Assembly (NCBI GenBank): GCA_035762545.1
Contig: DASTOM010000024.1
Coordinates: forward strand, 1,007 to 65,006
Direction: 5' to 3'
From: Acidimicrobiia bacterium
GTDB taxonomy: Bacteria; Actinomycetota; Acidimicrobiia; Spongiisociales; ZC4RG35
DNA: 64,000 nucleotides
Shown: positions 31,404-40,532 of the stretch, one piece after another
Numbering within the stretch: position 1 is the stretch's first letter
How the letters are laid out: the number at the start of each line of letters is the position of its first letter
The notes under the pieces: model-generated
Told to the model about the DNA's origin: nothing
Databases searched by the model: none
What the model saw: only the letters and a program-made list of their open reading frames with translations
Translations under genes and position numbers: made by a program

Positions 31404-32377
31404 GAGAGCAGTCCGTCCACGAAGCTATCCGGATCGAAAGGTGTCAGGTCGTCGATTCCCTCGCCGAGACCGACGAACTTGACCGGTACTCCGAGGGTGC
31501 GCTCCACCGCGACGACGATGCCGCCTCTCGCCGTGCCGTCGAGCTTGGTCAGAACGAGGCCGGTGATGGGCACGGCCTCGGAGAACTGCCCCACCTGGGT
31601 CAGGCCGTTCTGTCCGGCAGTCGCATCCAGGACGAGGAGGACTTCACTGACTCTGTCTCCACCGGCGACCCGGTGGATCTTCTCGAGTTCGGCCATGAGA
31701 TTCTTCTTGCCGTGGAGCCGTCCGGCGGTGTCGATGATCACCACGTCGACACCTTTTGCCTTCGCCGAGTCGACCGTGTCGTAGGCAACCGAGGCGGGGT
31801 CACCACCCTCCTGCCCCCGGACCACCTGAACCCCGAGACGGTCGCCCCAGGTGGTCAGCTGTTCGGCGGCGGCCGCCCTGAAAGTGTCGGCCGCTCCCAA
31901 CGTGACGGTCTTGCCCTGGTCCTGAAGACGTCTGGCCAGTTTGGCGATTGTGGTGGTCTTACCGGTGCCGTTGACTCCGACGACTATGACCACCGCCGGT
32001 GACCCGGTCAGGTGGAGGTCCCGATCCTTGCCCGCCAACTCTCCCTTCATCGCATCAGCGAGGCTGGACCACGCTTGGCTCACATCCTCGGGTTTGCTGT
32101 TGCGGACCCCGGCGACGATGTCCTCCGAGGCAGCCACCCCCACGTCGGCAGCGATCAACGCCTCTTCGAGCGACTCCCAGGTTCCTTCTTCCAGCCTGTC
32201 GCCGAAAGCTCTCCGCAGAGCGGCCCCGATACCCGTCGCAGGGCGCTTCTGATAGGCAACGATGTCGTGAGGGACGTCGGGTCCCCGCTCACCTCTTCCT
32301 CGAAAGGCGAAAATGGCTGCGATGACCACGAGGGCGGCGATCGCCACCAGGATGATGATTACGACTGGGCTGTCCAT
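31400..32377 (-). CDS. ftsY: signal recognition particle receptor FtsY
   Basis: GVNGTGKTTTIAKLA, DTAGRL, LTKLDGTARGG. Confidence 0.95.
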   Translation of the reverse strand: MDSPVVIIILVAIAALVVIAAIFAFRGRGERGPDVPHDIVAYQKRPATGIGAALRRAFGDRLEEGTWESLEEALIAADVGVAASEDIVAGVRNSKPEDVSQAWSSLADAMKGELAGKDRDLHLTGSPAVVIVVGVNGTGKTTTIAKLARRLQDQGKTVTLGAADTFRAAAAEQLTTWGDRLGVQVVRGQEGGDPASVAYDTVDSAKAKGVDVVIIDTAGRLHGKKNLMAELEKIHRVAGGDRVSEVLLVLDATAGQNGLTQVGQFSEAVPITGLVLTKLDGTARGGIVVAVERTLGVPVKFVGLGEGIDDLTPFDPDSFVDGLLS

Positions 32378-32386
32378 CGAGGGGAA

Positions 32387-35300
32387 CTATGCCACCCGGT
32401 CGGGAGCGAGAACCGCCCGCATTTCCTTGCGGATCGCCTGGGACGAGCCGCCCGGTTCCATCGTCACCCCGTAAAGCACGTCGGCGGCCTCCATGGTCTG
32501 CTGCTGGTGGGTGATGATGATCAGCTGTGCTTGCTGCCGGAACTCGTCGACGATCCTGAGGAAGCGACGGAGGTTGGCGTCGTCGAGGGCCGCCTCGACC
32601 TCGTCCAGCACATAGAAAGGGCTGGGACGGGCGTCGAAGATGGCGAAGAGGAAGGCCAACGCAGCGAGGCTGCGCTCACCACCCGACAGCAGAGTCATGT
32701 GAGACACCTTCTTGCCCAGGGGTTGGGCGTCGATGTTGACACCAGAATGCGGGTCGTCAGGGTCCTCGAGTCTGATCCGTCCTCGACCGCCGGGGAAGAG
32801 GACCCCGAAATAGCGCTCGTAGGCCTCGGCGACTTCCTCGAAGGCTTCGTCGAATCGACTCTGGATCTCGTTCTCGAGGGCGCTGATCACCTTGCGCAGC
32901 TCGGCCCGGGACGACTCGACGTCGGCCATCTGTTCCGAGAGAAACGTGTGTCTCTCCTCCAGCTCGCGGTACTCCTGGGCCGCCAGCGGGTTGATCGGGC
33001 CAAGCCGTCTCAACTGCGCCAGACCATTCTCCATCAACTCGGCGAGGTCGGCGTCGGGGGCGACGTCCGGTCTCGGTGCTCCGATCGCGGCATCGATCTC
33101 CGAGTCGGCGTCACGACGGATCGATTCGACCACGGCCTCACGCCTCATCCGCAACTCGGTCAATCTCACGTCGAGCCCGGAAACCCTCGACCTGGCTTCG
33201 GCGATCGACTCGACCCGGGCTTCGTGGTCTGAACGAATCGCACCGAGTTCGCCCCGGATCTCGTCGTTGGCGGTGCGGAGGTCGGCCTGACGCTCCCGAA
33301 GCTCGAGGATCCGACGCTCCAGGATGCCGACCGCCCTCCGGGCGAAGCCACTCACGGACTCGAGCCGGGCGGGGTCGATGCCATCTCTGCCTCCCCCATC
33401 TAGCCGCGAGAGCTCGTCGCGGATTCGGTTCACACGATCTTCGAGAAGGGTCTTGCGTTCCACCACGGCGCGATGGGTGGTGGCGGCCTCCTGCCAGGTC
33501 GACCGGGCGGCCTCTCGCTCGGCGGCCAGGGAGACCCGACGGGCCTCCATCTCCTCCCACATCGCCATCCGCTCCGCTTCCTCGCCTTCGAGGGCTTCGA
33601 GCCGGCGTCGCAGGGAGGTGGCTTGGTCGGAGCCGGAGGAAATGGCTTCCTCGAGGGCCTCCCTTCGGTCGGCGAGACGGGCCTTTTCGTCTTCGAGACC
33701 CCGGACCGACGCCTGGATCCGGTTCATTGCCTCGGTGTGCCCGGCGATGGCCCCCTCGGACCGTTCCAGAATTTCCAACGCCTGCCGCTCGGCGTCGCGA
33801 TTTCTCTCGAAGTCTCGTTTGGCGGCGGTGTGGGTCGACTCGGTGCGGGCGAGTTCGGTGGCGGCCCGCTCCACCTCGACCTCGGCCGACTCGAGCATCG
33901 CCGAACCGGTTCCGTCGGGATCGGCGATCCGCACCCCGGTGATCGCGATCACGTCACCTTCGGGTGTGACCGCCCGCAGTGCGGGATAGCGGGTGATCAC
34001 GGACCAGCCGGCGCTCCAACCCTCGACGAGGACGACATCGCCGAGAAGGCGACTCGCCAAACCACGGTGGTGACCCGGGCCGAGACGGTCCACCAGCGCT
34101 TCGAGACCGAGCGCGGCTGCAGCAGCGGGGGCCGGCATCGCCACCTCACTCGTGGATGACACCACCGACACCGAACCACCCCCGGCGCCCTTGACGATCT
34201 CCACTGCGTCCTGGACAGACCCGACATGATCGAACGCGATAGCGTCCGACCAGGCACCCAGAGCGGCGTCGACCGCCTTCTCCAGGCCGGCGGGGATATC
34301 GAGTTGGGAGGTCAGTGAGCCCAATGCCCCGGCCGCAGACTCGACCGCCTTGCGGGCCTCGCTGTCGTAGCGGCCCGCCAGAGCGGCGGCGATGGCTTCG
34401 AGACGGGCAGTGGCTGCAGCGTGCCCGATCCGGGCGGCCTCCAGCCTCTCCTCGGCCTCGGTCCACCTCTGCTGCTGCGATGACCGGGCCGCAGTCGCTT
34501 GATCGAAGGTCTTCTGCAGGTCTGCCAGCGATGTGTCCATCGTCTGGATCTCTTCGTTGATCCGGTCGATCTCGACCTTCTCGTCGACAATCTGAGACTC
34601 GAGGACCTCACTGCGGTGCCGTACCCGGTCGAGCTCCCTCTGGTCGCGGTCCAGCGCCGACTCGAGAGCACTCAGCTCGCCCCGGACCGCGGCAAGGGCA
34701 CCCTCGGGCGACAGCGAGTTCTGGGTGGCGATGACGCGCTCTTCGCCCTCGAGCCTGCGAAAGGCGATCTCGGCCCGAGCAGCCTCGGCTTCGGTCTCTC
34801 GAAGTTCGGTCCCGATCATCTCGAGACTCTCTGCGATGGCCAAGGTCTCCTCTTCGAGGTCGGCCCGCCGCTCGACGGCGGCCTCGCGACGACCGGTGGC
34901 GGCCCGGCTCCGCTCGACCGCGACCGAGGCGACCCTCCTCAAACGTTCGTTGGTGGTTTCCAGCAGGGCCGCAGCCGACGTGTCCCGATCGAGGTCGGCA
35001 CCGACGATGGCTGCGCGATCGGTGAGTCCGGAGAGCAGTTCGGAGAGCTCGCTCACCCTTCGCTGGTCGACCTCCAGCCCTTCGCTGAGGATCGACTTCT
35101 CAGAGGTGGCGATGGTCAGGTCCCGGTCGAGCCTTGCGATCTCCTGACCGCCCAGGTAGAGCCGGAGTGCGGTCACCTCGTCCTTCAGCCCCTGGTACCG
35201 CTCGGCTGCGTTGGCCTGACGCTTGAGGGGGCGCATCTGGCGGGTGATCTCACCGAGGAGATCGGTGAGACGGACCATGTCCTCGTCGGTCCGTTCCAAA

Positions 35301-35839
35301 CGGCGCTCGGAACGCTCCTTGCGCCGGCGGTGCTTGAGAATTCCGGCGGCTTCCTCGATGACGGCGCGGTGCTCTTCGGGCGACGCGTTGAGGACCCTGC
35401 CGATCTCTCCCTGACCGATGATGACGTGCTGATGACGGCCGACACCGGAGTCGGACAGGAGGTCCTGGATGTCGAGGAGCCGGCAGCCGACCCCGTTCAA
35501 CTCGTAGTCGCTGGAGCCGTCGCGGTAGAGACGCCGGGTGATCGCGACCTCGTCGAGGTCGAGGTCGATCATCCGCTCGGTGTTGTCGATGACGAGGGTC
35601 GCCTCGGCCTTGCCCAGGGAGGGGCGGGTGGCGGTCCCGGCGAAGATGACGTCATCCATCTTCTGGGTTCGGAGCGTCTTCGTCGACTGGGTGCCGAGGA
35701 CCCAGGAGAGGGCGTCGACGAGGTTCGACTTGCCCGACCCGTTGGGCCCGACCACGACGGTCACACCCTGGCGGAACTCGAGCCGGGTCCGATCGGCGAA
35801 GGACTTGAACCCGGCCAGTTTCAGTGACTTCAGATACAA
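32387..35839 (-). CDS. smc: chromosome segregation protein SMC
   Basis: 1150 aa. N-terminal GPNGSGKSN, long coiled coils, hinge, C-terminal LSGGERSLAALAFLFA...YVLDEVEAALD. TTG start. Confidence 0.96.
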   Translation of the reverse strand: MYLKSLKLAGFKSFADRTRLEFRQGVTVVVGPNGSGKSNLVDALSWVLGTQSTKTLRTQKMDDVIFAGTATRPSLGKAEATLVIDNTERMIDLDLDEVAITRRLYRDGSSDYELNGVGCRLLDIQDLLSDSGVGRHQHVIIGQGEIGRVLNASPEEHRAVIEEAAGILKHRRRKERSERRLERTDEDMVRLTDLLGEITRQMRPLKRQANAAERYQGLKDEVTALRLYLGGQEIARLDRDLTIATSEKSILSEGLEVDQRRVSELSELLSGLTDRAAIVGADLDRDTSAAALLETTNERLRRVASVAVERSRAATGRREAAVERRADLEEETLAIAESLEMIGTELRETEAEAARAEIAFRRLEGEERVIATQNSLSPEGALAAVRGELSALESALDRDQRELDRVRHRSEVLESQIVDEKVEIDRINEEIQTMDTSLADLQKTFDQATAARSSQQQRWTEAEERLEAARIGHAAATARLEAIAAALAGRYDSEARKAVESAAGALGSLTSQLDIPAGLEKAVDAALGAWSDAIAFDHVGSVQDAVEIVKGAGGGSVSVVSSTSEVAMPAPAAAAALGLEALVDRLGPGHHRGLASRLLGDVVLVEGWSAGWSVITRYPALRAVTPEGDVIAITGVRIADPDGTGSAMLESAEVEVERAATELARTESTHTAAKRDFERNRDAERQALEILERSEGAIAGHTEAMNRIQASVRGLEDEKARLADRREALEEAISSGSDQATSLRRRLEALEGEEAERMAMWEEMEARRVSLAAEREAARSTWQEAATTHRAVVERKTLLEDRVNRIRDELSRLDGGGRDGIDPARLESVSGFARRAVGILERRILELRERQADLRTANDEIRGELGAIRSDHEARVESIAEARSRVSGLDVRLTELRMRREAVVESIRRDADSEIDAAIGAPRPDVAPDADLAELMENGLAQLRRLGPINPLAAQEYRELEERHTFLSEQMADVESSRAELRKVISALENEIQSRFDEAFEEVAEAYERYFGVLFPGGRGRIRLEDPDDPHSGVNIDAQPLGKKVSHMTLLSGGERSLAALAFLFAIFDARPSPFYVLDEVEAALDDANLRRFLRIVDEFRQQAQLIIITHQQQTMEAADVLYGVTMEPGGSSQAIRKEMRAVLAPDRVA

Positions 35840-35946
35840 AGGCGTTTCCTGGGCTTACTACCTGGCAAATGACACACTTGTGATTGCCCGGTCAGGCTAA
35901 CTAGATCGGAGACGTTCCCGAACGTTTTAGACGTCGTATCTGCCTC

Positions 35947-36075
35947 GACCTCACGTCGAGCCTGCATACCGTCTCGCAGGGCAGGTCATGGTGCAGGTTC
36001 GACGAAGAGATGATCGTGACCTCACGTCGAGCCTGCATACCGTCTCCGACAACGGGACACCTTGCAGGTTCGGCG
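35947..36075 (+). repeat. tandem pair (71-nt period) of a 12-bp-stem / 25-nt-loop hairpin element
   Basis: A 29-nt perfect direct repeat GACCTCACGTCGAGCCTGCATACCGTCTC occurs at 35947 and 36018. Each copy folds GTCGAGCCTGCA (35955-35966; 36026-36037) onto TGCAGGTTCGAC/GGC (35992-36003; 36063-36074). G-U wobbles form only if read on the plus strand. Confidence 0.7.
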
Positions 36076-36116
36076 CGAGACGCGTGAGCCGATGCTTGCT
36101 CGATAGGCGGCCCCCC

Positions 36117-36404
36117 TCATACTGATGACGGCCCAGGCTGGATGAAGAAGTCGGTGAGGGTGACGTCCGGGGCGACGACGTCGGACTGGACGCCGGTGAC
36201 CCGAGCCGCGATCGGGCCTGCCCAGGCCCAGTCGACGAGGCTGTCGATCCGATCGGGCTCTCCCTGGGCGAACATCTCAACACTCCCGTCGGCGCGGTTG
36301 CGGACCCACCCCACCAGGTCGAGAGAACGGGCGGTGCGTCGACAGCCCTGGCGGTAGCCGACACCCTGGACCTGCCCGGTCACGAGGATGCGAACCGCCT
36401 TCAC
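36117..36404 (-). CDS. acyP: acylphosphatase
   Basis: 95 aa. VTGQVQGVGYRQ, GWVRNRADGSVE. Confidence 0.9.
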   Translation of the reverse strand: MKAVRILVTGQVQGVGYRQGCRRTARSLDLVGWVRNRADGSVEMFAQGEPDRIDSLVDWAWAGPIAARVTGVQSDVVAPDVTLTDFFIQPGPSSV

Positions 36405-37231
36405 GACCTCGCCTGACAGTTCGGGCAGAAATGGGTTGACCGGGATCGGATGACGATGCGTTCAATAGGAGTCCCGCAGACGTCACAGGGCTCACCCTCC
36501 CGACCGTAGACCAGGAGCCGGGTCATGTTGTCCCCGGCCTGGCCGTCCGGGAGCAGATATGCCAGATCGTCGAGGGTTGTTCCTCCGTTGGCGATGGCCG
36601 ACTCGAGCACCACACCTATGGCGGCGAGAAGACGTTCGATGGATGCCCTTCCCACCTCCCCGCCGGGTGTACCAGGGTGGATACCGGCCCGGAACAGCGC
36701 CTCGTCTGCGTAGATGTTCCCCAGCCCGGCGATAGGGGCCTGGTCGAGCAGCAGTGCCTTGATCGGGGCCTTCCTCCCTTCGAGGCGATTCATCAGATCG
36801 GTCGCGTCGGGCGGTGCCGACCATGCGTCAGGACCGAGTCGGGAGAGGCCGGAGGTGCCCAGGTCGTCTTCGTCGTAGACGGCCACGAAACCAAATGTCC
36901 GCGGATCGATGAACCGGACCACGTGACCGTCGTCCAGGACTGCGGTGAAATGGGTGTGGGGTATCCCGTCTTCGCCGTCGATCGACCACCGGCCGGACAT
37001 CCCGAGATGGGCCACCATGACCTGGCCGTCGTCGAGATCGACCCTGAGAAACTTGCCCTGCCGTCCCACGCTCTTCACCCGTCTGCCTCGAAGTCGGGCT
37101 GCTACCTCGGCAGCCGAGGTGTTGTGTCGGGCAGTCCGCTCATGGGTCACTTCGACCGAAGCGAGGGTTCGGCCGACAAGGGCGTCCTCGAGGTGGCGCC
37201 GGGTGATCTCGACTTCAGGCAATTCGGGCAA
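36401..37231 (-). CDS. mutM: formamidopyrimidine-DNA glycosylase
   Basis: PELPEVE N-terminus, C-terminal zinc finger CDVCGTPI...THFCPNCQ. The in-frame TTG at 37231 places the catalytic Pro at position 2. The track start (37264) would bury it. Confidence 0.92.
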   Translation of the reverse strand: MPELPEVEITRRHLEDALVGRTLASVEVTHERTARHNTSAAEVAARLRGRRVKSVGRQGKFLRVDLDDGQVMVAHLGMSGRWSIDGEDGIPHTHFTAVLDDGHVVRFIDPRTFGFVAVYDEDDLGTSGLSRLGPDAWSAPPDATDLMNRLEGRKAPIKALLLDQAPIAGLGNIYADEALFRAGIHPGTPGGEVGRASIERLLAAIGVVLESAIANGGTTLDDLAYLLPDGQAGDNMTRLLVYGREGEPCDVCGTPIERIVIRSRSTHFCPNCQARS

Positions 37232-37286
37232 AGCTGCGGTTACGGTACCCCCGGCCATGGTCATAGCTCCTCGTCCCTTCGGTCAG

Positions 37287-38150
37287 GTGCTGAGTGATGC
37301 GATGAACAGCCTCGTCCGAACCTGGAGAGCGTTGCTCATCCCGGCCCTCGCGGTGTCGGTGCCCCTCAGCATCGCCACCGTGCTCGTCTTTCGCTGGACA
37401 GGTGGCGGAGAGTTCCTCGACCTGGCGGTCAACTCCCCGGACCGGCTCCAAGGACTCCCCCAGGAGGTCTTCACCGAGATCGTCAGGCCGTTCTACCTGG
37501 CAGCCGGGATCGCCGCTGCCCTCCAGGTCTTGGGTGGGGTATTCGTCGCGCTGGCGAGCCACCGGGCAGTGGCGAGTGATCTCAACGGGAAGACCCTGCG
37601 CGGCGGCGAAGTATCGGTCCTGGCCCTGCGCCGCTACTGGGTCGGGCTCGCGGCAACCCTGCTGATCGTGGTAGCGGTGGGAATCCTGATCGGTCTCGGT
37701 GTCTCGATGTGGCTGGTTCCCGTGTTTTCAGTCGGTGTTCCGAACGCCGGGTCGATCCTCGTCGCGCTGATCTTGCTGGTCATTCTGTTGGGGCCGGGAA
37801 TCTGGGTCGGTGTCGCGATGTCGATGACGACTTCCGCCGTGGCCATCGAGTACCTCGGTCCGCTCGCCTCGATCCGGCGGAGCATGCGACTGGTGCGGGG
37901 ACGCTGGTTTGCGACTGCAGGTTTTCTGCTCCTGGTCGGGTTGCTCGGCGGCATCGCAATTCAGATGATCCAGCTGATCGCCCTTCCCCTGGCCGCCGCC
38001 GGGGGCGGGAGTGGGGCTCTGACGGTGGCTTCGGCTCTGGGTGTGTTGACTCAGGGTCTCCTGGTCGCAGCCATCACTGCGATGTACACCCATTGGTACA
38101 TCGACCTCCGGGCCCGAAGAGAGGGCGTCTCTACGACTGATCTCGGGTGA
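37287..38150 (+). CDS. integral membrane protein, function unknown
   Basis: Distal part of track ORF 36945..38150: about 6 hydrophobic segments (ALLIPALAVSVPLSIATVLVF, LIVVAVGILIGLGVSMWLV, ...). Start is GTG 37287 or ATG 37302. The first 340 nt of the track ORF is antisense to mutM. Confidence 0.6.
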   Translation: MLSDAMNSLVRTWRALLIPALAVSVPLSIATVLVFRWTGGGEFLDLAVNSPDRLQGLPQEVFTEIVRPFYLAAGIAAALQVLGGVFVALASHRAVASDLNGKTLRGGEVSVLALRRYWVGLAATLLIVVAVGILIGLGVSMWLVPVFSVGVPNAGSILVALILLVILLGPGIWVGVAMSMTTSAVAIEYLGPLASIRRSMRLVRGRWFATAGFLLLVGLLGGIAIQMIQLIALPLAAAGGGSGALTVASALGVLTQGLLVAAITAMYTHWYIDLRARREGVSTTDLG

Positions 38151-38805
38151 GTGCCTCGAGAGCCTGCATTGCCGCCGCCTGCTCCGCCTGCTTCTTGGAG
38201 CGTCCTTCGCCCTTCCCGTAGTCAAGCCCGCTAACCGACACGACGGCGGTGAAACGGCGGTCGTGGTCGGGACCCATTCCCTCCACCCGATAGACCGGCC
38301 GGTGCCCGTCACGTGCGGTCAGCTCCTGGAGACGTGTCTTGTAGTCCTTCACCCCAGGGTGCTTGGCTCTCTCCGCCACCCGTTCCGACCAGAGGCCCTT
38401 GATGAGCTCGTCGGCCGGCGGCAGCCCACCGTCGAGAAACACCGCACCGAGGATCGCCTCTACCGCGTCGGCCAGGATCGAATCCTTCTCCCGTCCGCCG
38501 GTCGCTTCCTCGCTGGGTGCCAGCTCGACTCTGGAACCCAGGTCGAGACTGCGGGCGATCTCGGCCAGCGTCCCGCGACTGACCACGGCGGCGCGCACCT
38601 TCGCCATCTGTCCCTCGGCCAGCTGCGGATACGAGGCGTAGAGAAGATCGGTCACCACCAGTTGGAGCACGGCGTCGCCCAGGAACTCGAGACGTTCGTT
38701 GTCGTGACGAGCCGGGTCCTCGGAGCTCACCGAACGGTGGGTGAGTGCGAGCTTGAGGAGGGCCGGTTCCCGGAACGTGTAGCCGAGCCGCTCCTCGAGG
38801 GTCAT
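38131..38805 (-). CDS. rnc: ribonuclease III
   Basis: NERLEFLGDAVLQLVV signature, C-terminal dsRBD ...GEGRSKKQAEQAAA. Confidence 0.95.
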   Translation of the reverse strand: MTLEERLGYTFREPALLKLALTHRSVSSEDPARHDNERLEFLGDAVLQLVVTDLLYASYPQLAEGQMAKVRAAVVSRGTLAEIARSLDLGSRVELAPSEEATGGREKDSILADAVEAILGAVFLDGGLPPADELIKGLWSERVAERAKHPGVKDYKTRLQELTARDGHRPVYRVEGMGPDHDRRFTAVVSVSGLDYGKGEGRSKKQAEQAAAMQALEALTRDQS

Positions 38806-39800
38806 GGCGACGGGGCTGCAGAGGGTGCGTTGGATCCGAGAGCTGCCGAGATCCGGCCCGGCAGGTCCTTGTCGGCTCCGTCTCGGGCCATGACCAGCGC
38901 GTTGGCGATCGCCTTGCGGCTCGAGCTCCCGTGAGCGATCAATGCCGAGCCCTTCACCCCGAGAAGCGGGGCGCCCCCGTAGGTCTCCCAGTCCATCTTG
39001 TCCCGGACTCCGATCAGGGCGGGAAACACCTCGGCCTGGATGTCTCCGGGGAGCTCGGAGAGCGCCTCGAGGATGTACCTGTTGATCAGCGATGCCGTTC
39101 CCTCTGTCGCCTTGAGGAAGACGTTCCCGGTGAAGCCGTCGGTGACGATCACGTCGACTTTGTCGGTGGCCACGTCCCTGCCTTCGACATTCCCCACGAA
39201 TACGACCGGACCCGCCTCGATGAGCTCATAGGCGGCGCGCTCCAGGTCCCGACCCTTGCCCCGCTCCTCGCCGATGGAGAGCAGCCCGACCCGGGCCGGC
39301 TCGGCACCAAGAAGCGCGTTCGCGGCGACCGAACCCATGATGGCGAACTGCGCCAGCTGCTCCGGGCGGACATCAGGGTTGGCCCCGGAGTCGAGCACCA
39401 GCGTCGGCGACCCGGGCGTCGGGAAGATCGTGGCGATTGCGGGGCGGGAGGCCCCGGGTACCCGGCCGATGATGATCGCCGCCGCGGCCATGGCCGCCCC
39501 CGTCGAGCCTGCGGAGACGAAGCCATCGGCCTCGCCCGAGGCGACGAGCTTGGCCGCAACGGCTATCGAGGCGTTCGGCTTCTCCCGAAGTGCCCGAGCA
39601 GGATCGTCACCCATGCCGACGACGTCGGGGGCGTCGACAATTGGAAGATTGGATTCATGACGTTCGAGTTGACGCTCGATCTTGGCCCTGTCCCCCACCA
39701 GGACGACATCGACCCCACGGGCGGCGGCGTCCAAGGCCCCGGCAACGGTTTCGGAGGGAGCATGGTCGCCCCCCATCGCGTCTAGGGCGATGCGGGCCAA
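38802..39800 (-). CDS. plsX: phosphate acyltransferase PlsX
   Basis: RIALDAMGGDHAP, SAGSTGA, GFTGNVFLK. Confidence 0.94.
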   Translation of the reverse strand: MARIALDAMGGDHAPSETVAGALDAAARGVDVVLVGDRAKIERQLERHESNLPIVDAPDVVGMGDDPARALREKPNASIAVAAKLVASGEADGFVSAGSTGAAMAAAAIIIGRVPGASRPAIATIFPTPGSPTLVLDSGANPDVRPEQLAQFAIMGSVAANALLGAEPARVGLLSIGEERGKGRDLERAAYELIEAGPVVFVGNVEGRDVATDKVDVIVTDGFTGNVFLKATEGTASLINRYILEALSELPGDIQAEVFPALIGVRDKMDWETYGGAPLLGVKGSALIAHGSSSRKAIANALVMARDGADKDLPGRISAALGSNAPSAAPSP

Positions 39801-39803
39801 GGC

Positions 39804-39980
39804 TCAGTTGGTTTCGATGACTTCGCGGCCGGCGTACGTCCCGCATTCACGACAAGCGCGATGGGGCAGCTTGGGCTTGCCGCACTGCTCACAGGGGACC
39901 GAATGGGGAGTCTCGACCTTCCATGCGGCCTTGCGCTGTCGCGTCCGGGAACGCGACATCTTCTTCTTGGGCACCGCCAT
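39804..39980 (-). CDS. rpmF: 50S ribosomal protein L32
   Basis: MAVPKKKMSRSRTRQRKA...CEQCGKPKLPHRACRECG. The second Met of the track ORF is chosen as the start. Confidence 0.93.
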   Translation of the reverse strand: MAVPKKKMSRSRTRQRKAAWKVETPHSVPCEQCGKPKLPHRACRECGTYAGREVIETN

Positions 39981-40009
39981 TTGGGGCACTCCTTCTGTGG
40001 GTTGATCGA

Positions 40010-40501
40010 TCAGGTATCGAAGAGATCTTTGAGCGCGGCGAAGGGAGAATCGGATTCCTCTCCGTGACCGTCACACGGGTCACTATTCAAGTCGCTTCCA
40101 CAGATTGGGCAAAGTCCTTTGCAGTCGGCTCGGCACAGCGGAGCGGCCGGCAGGGCGAACGCCAGCTCGTCGGTGGCCGGGCCGGCGATGTCGATCCTCC
40201 TGTCGACGATTGCGTAGCCGTCTTCGTCAGGGATCCGCGAGAAGTGCTGTGATCCGACCGACTCGACCACACCGTCCCATTCGACCAGGCATCGGGAGCA
40301 GCTCATGTGAACCGGGGCTGTCACTTCGAAGTCGGCGATCACCCCATTCACGGTGCCGGTCACGACCCCTTCGACAGTCATCGGACCGATCGTCCAGGTC
40401 TCACCGACTCGCAAGGACACAGGATGGACTCCGGAGAAGTCACGGGTCGCCTCGGGGTGACCGACGAGACCCTCCACGTCGACGACGAGACGGGAGCTCA
40501 C
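40010..40501 (-). CDS. YceD/DUF177 family protein
   Basis: Conserved position upstream of rpmF. C-terminal CxxxCxGLCxxCG motif (CRADCKGLCPICGSDLN). GTG 40501 avoids a 50-nt overlap with the upstream gene. The alternative GTG at 40582 adds an Arg/Pro-rich extension. Confidence 0.8.
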   Translation of the reverse strand: MSSRLVVDVEGLVGHPEATRDFSGVHPVSLRVGETWTIGPMTVEGVVTGTVNGVIADFEVTAPVHMSCSRCLVEWDGVVESVGSQHFSRIPDEDGYAIVDRRIDIAGPATDELAFALPAAPLCRADCKGLCPICGSDLNSDPCDGHGEESDSPFAALKDLFDT

Positions 40502-40532
40502 CGGAGCGATGTTAAGTGAGACCGAGGCTGGT

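Noticed and set aside
35947-36046. Two identical 29-nt repeats separated by 42 nt, which looks superficially like a mini-CRISPR array.
   Set aside because: There are only two repeats. The 'spacers' share the conserved right arm TGCAGGTTCG and pair with the repeats. There are no cas genes or leader. It is better explained as a tandemly duplicated hairpin element.
36945-37286. N-terminal 114 codons of track ORF 36945..38150.
   Set aside because: They are antisense to mutM and non-hydrophobic, whereas the recognisable membrane protein begins at 37287 or 37302.
38155-38175. GAGAGCCTGCATTGCC, resembling the hairpin-family left arm.
   Set aside because: It lies inside the rnc coding sequence with no matching right arm. 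It is a chance partial match.
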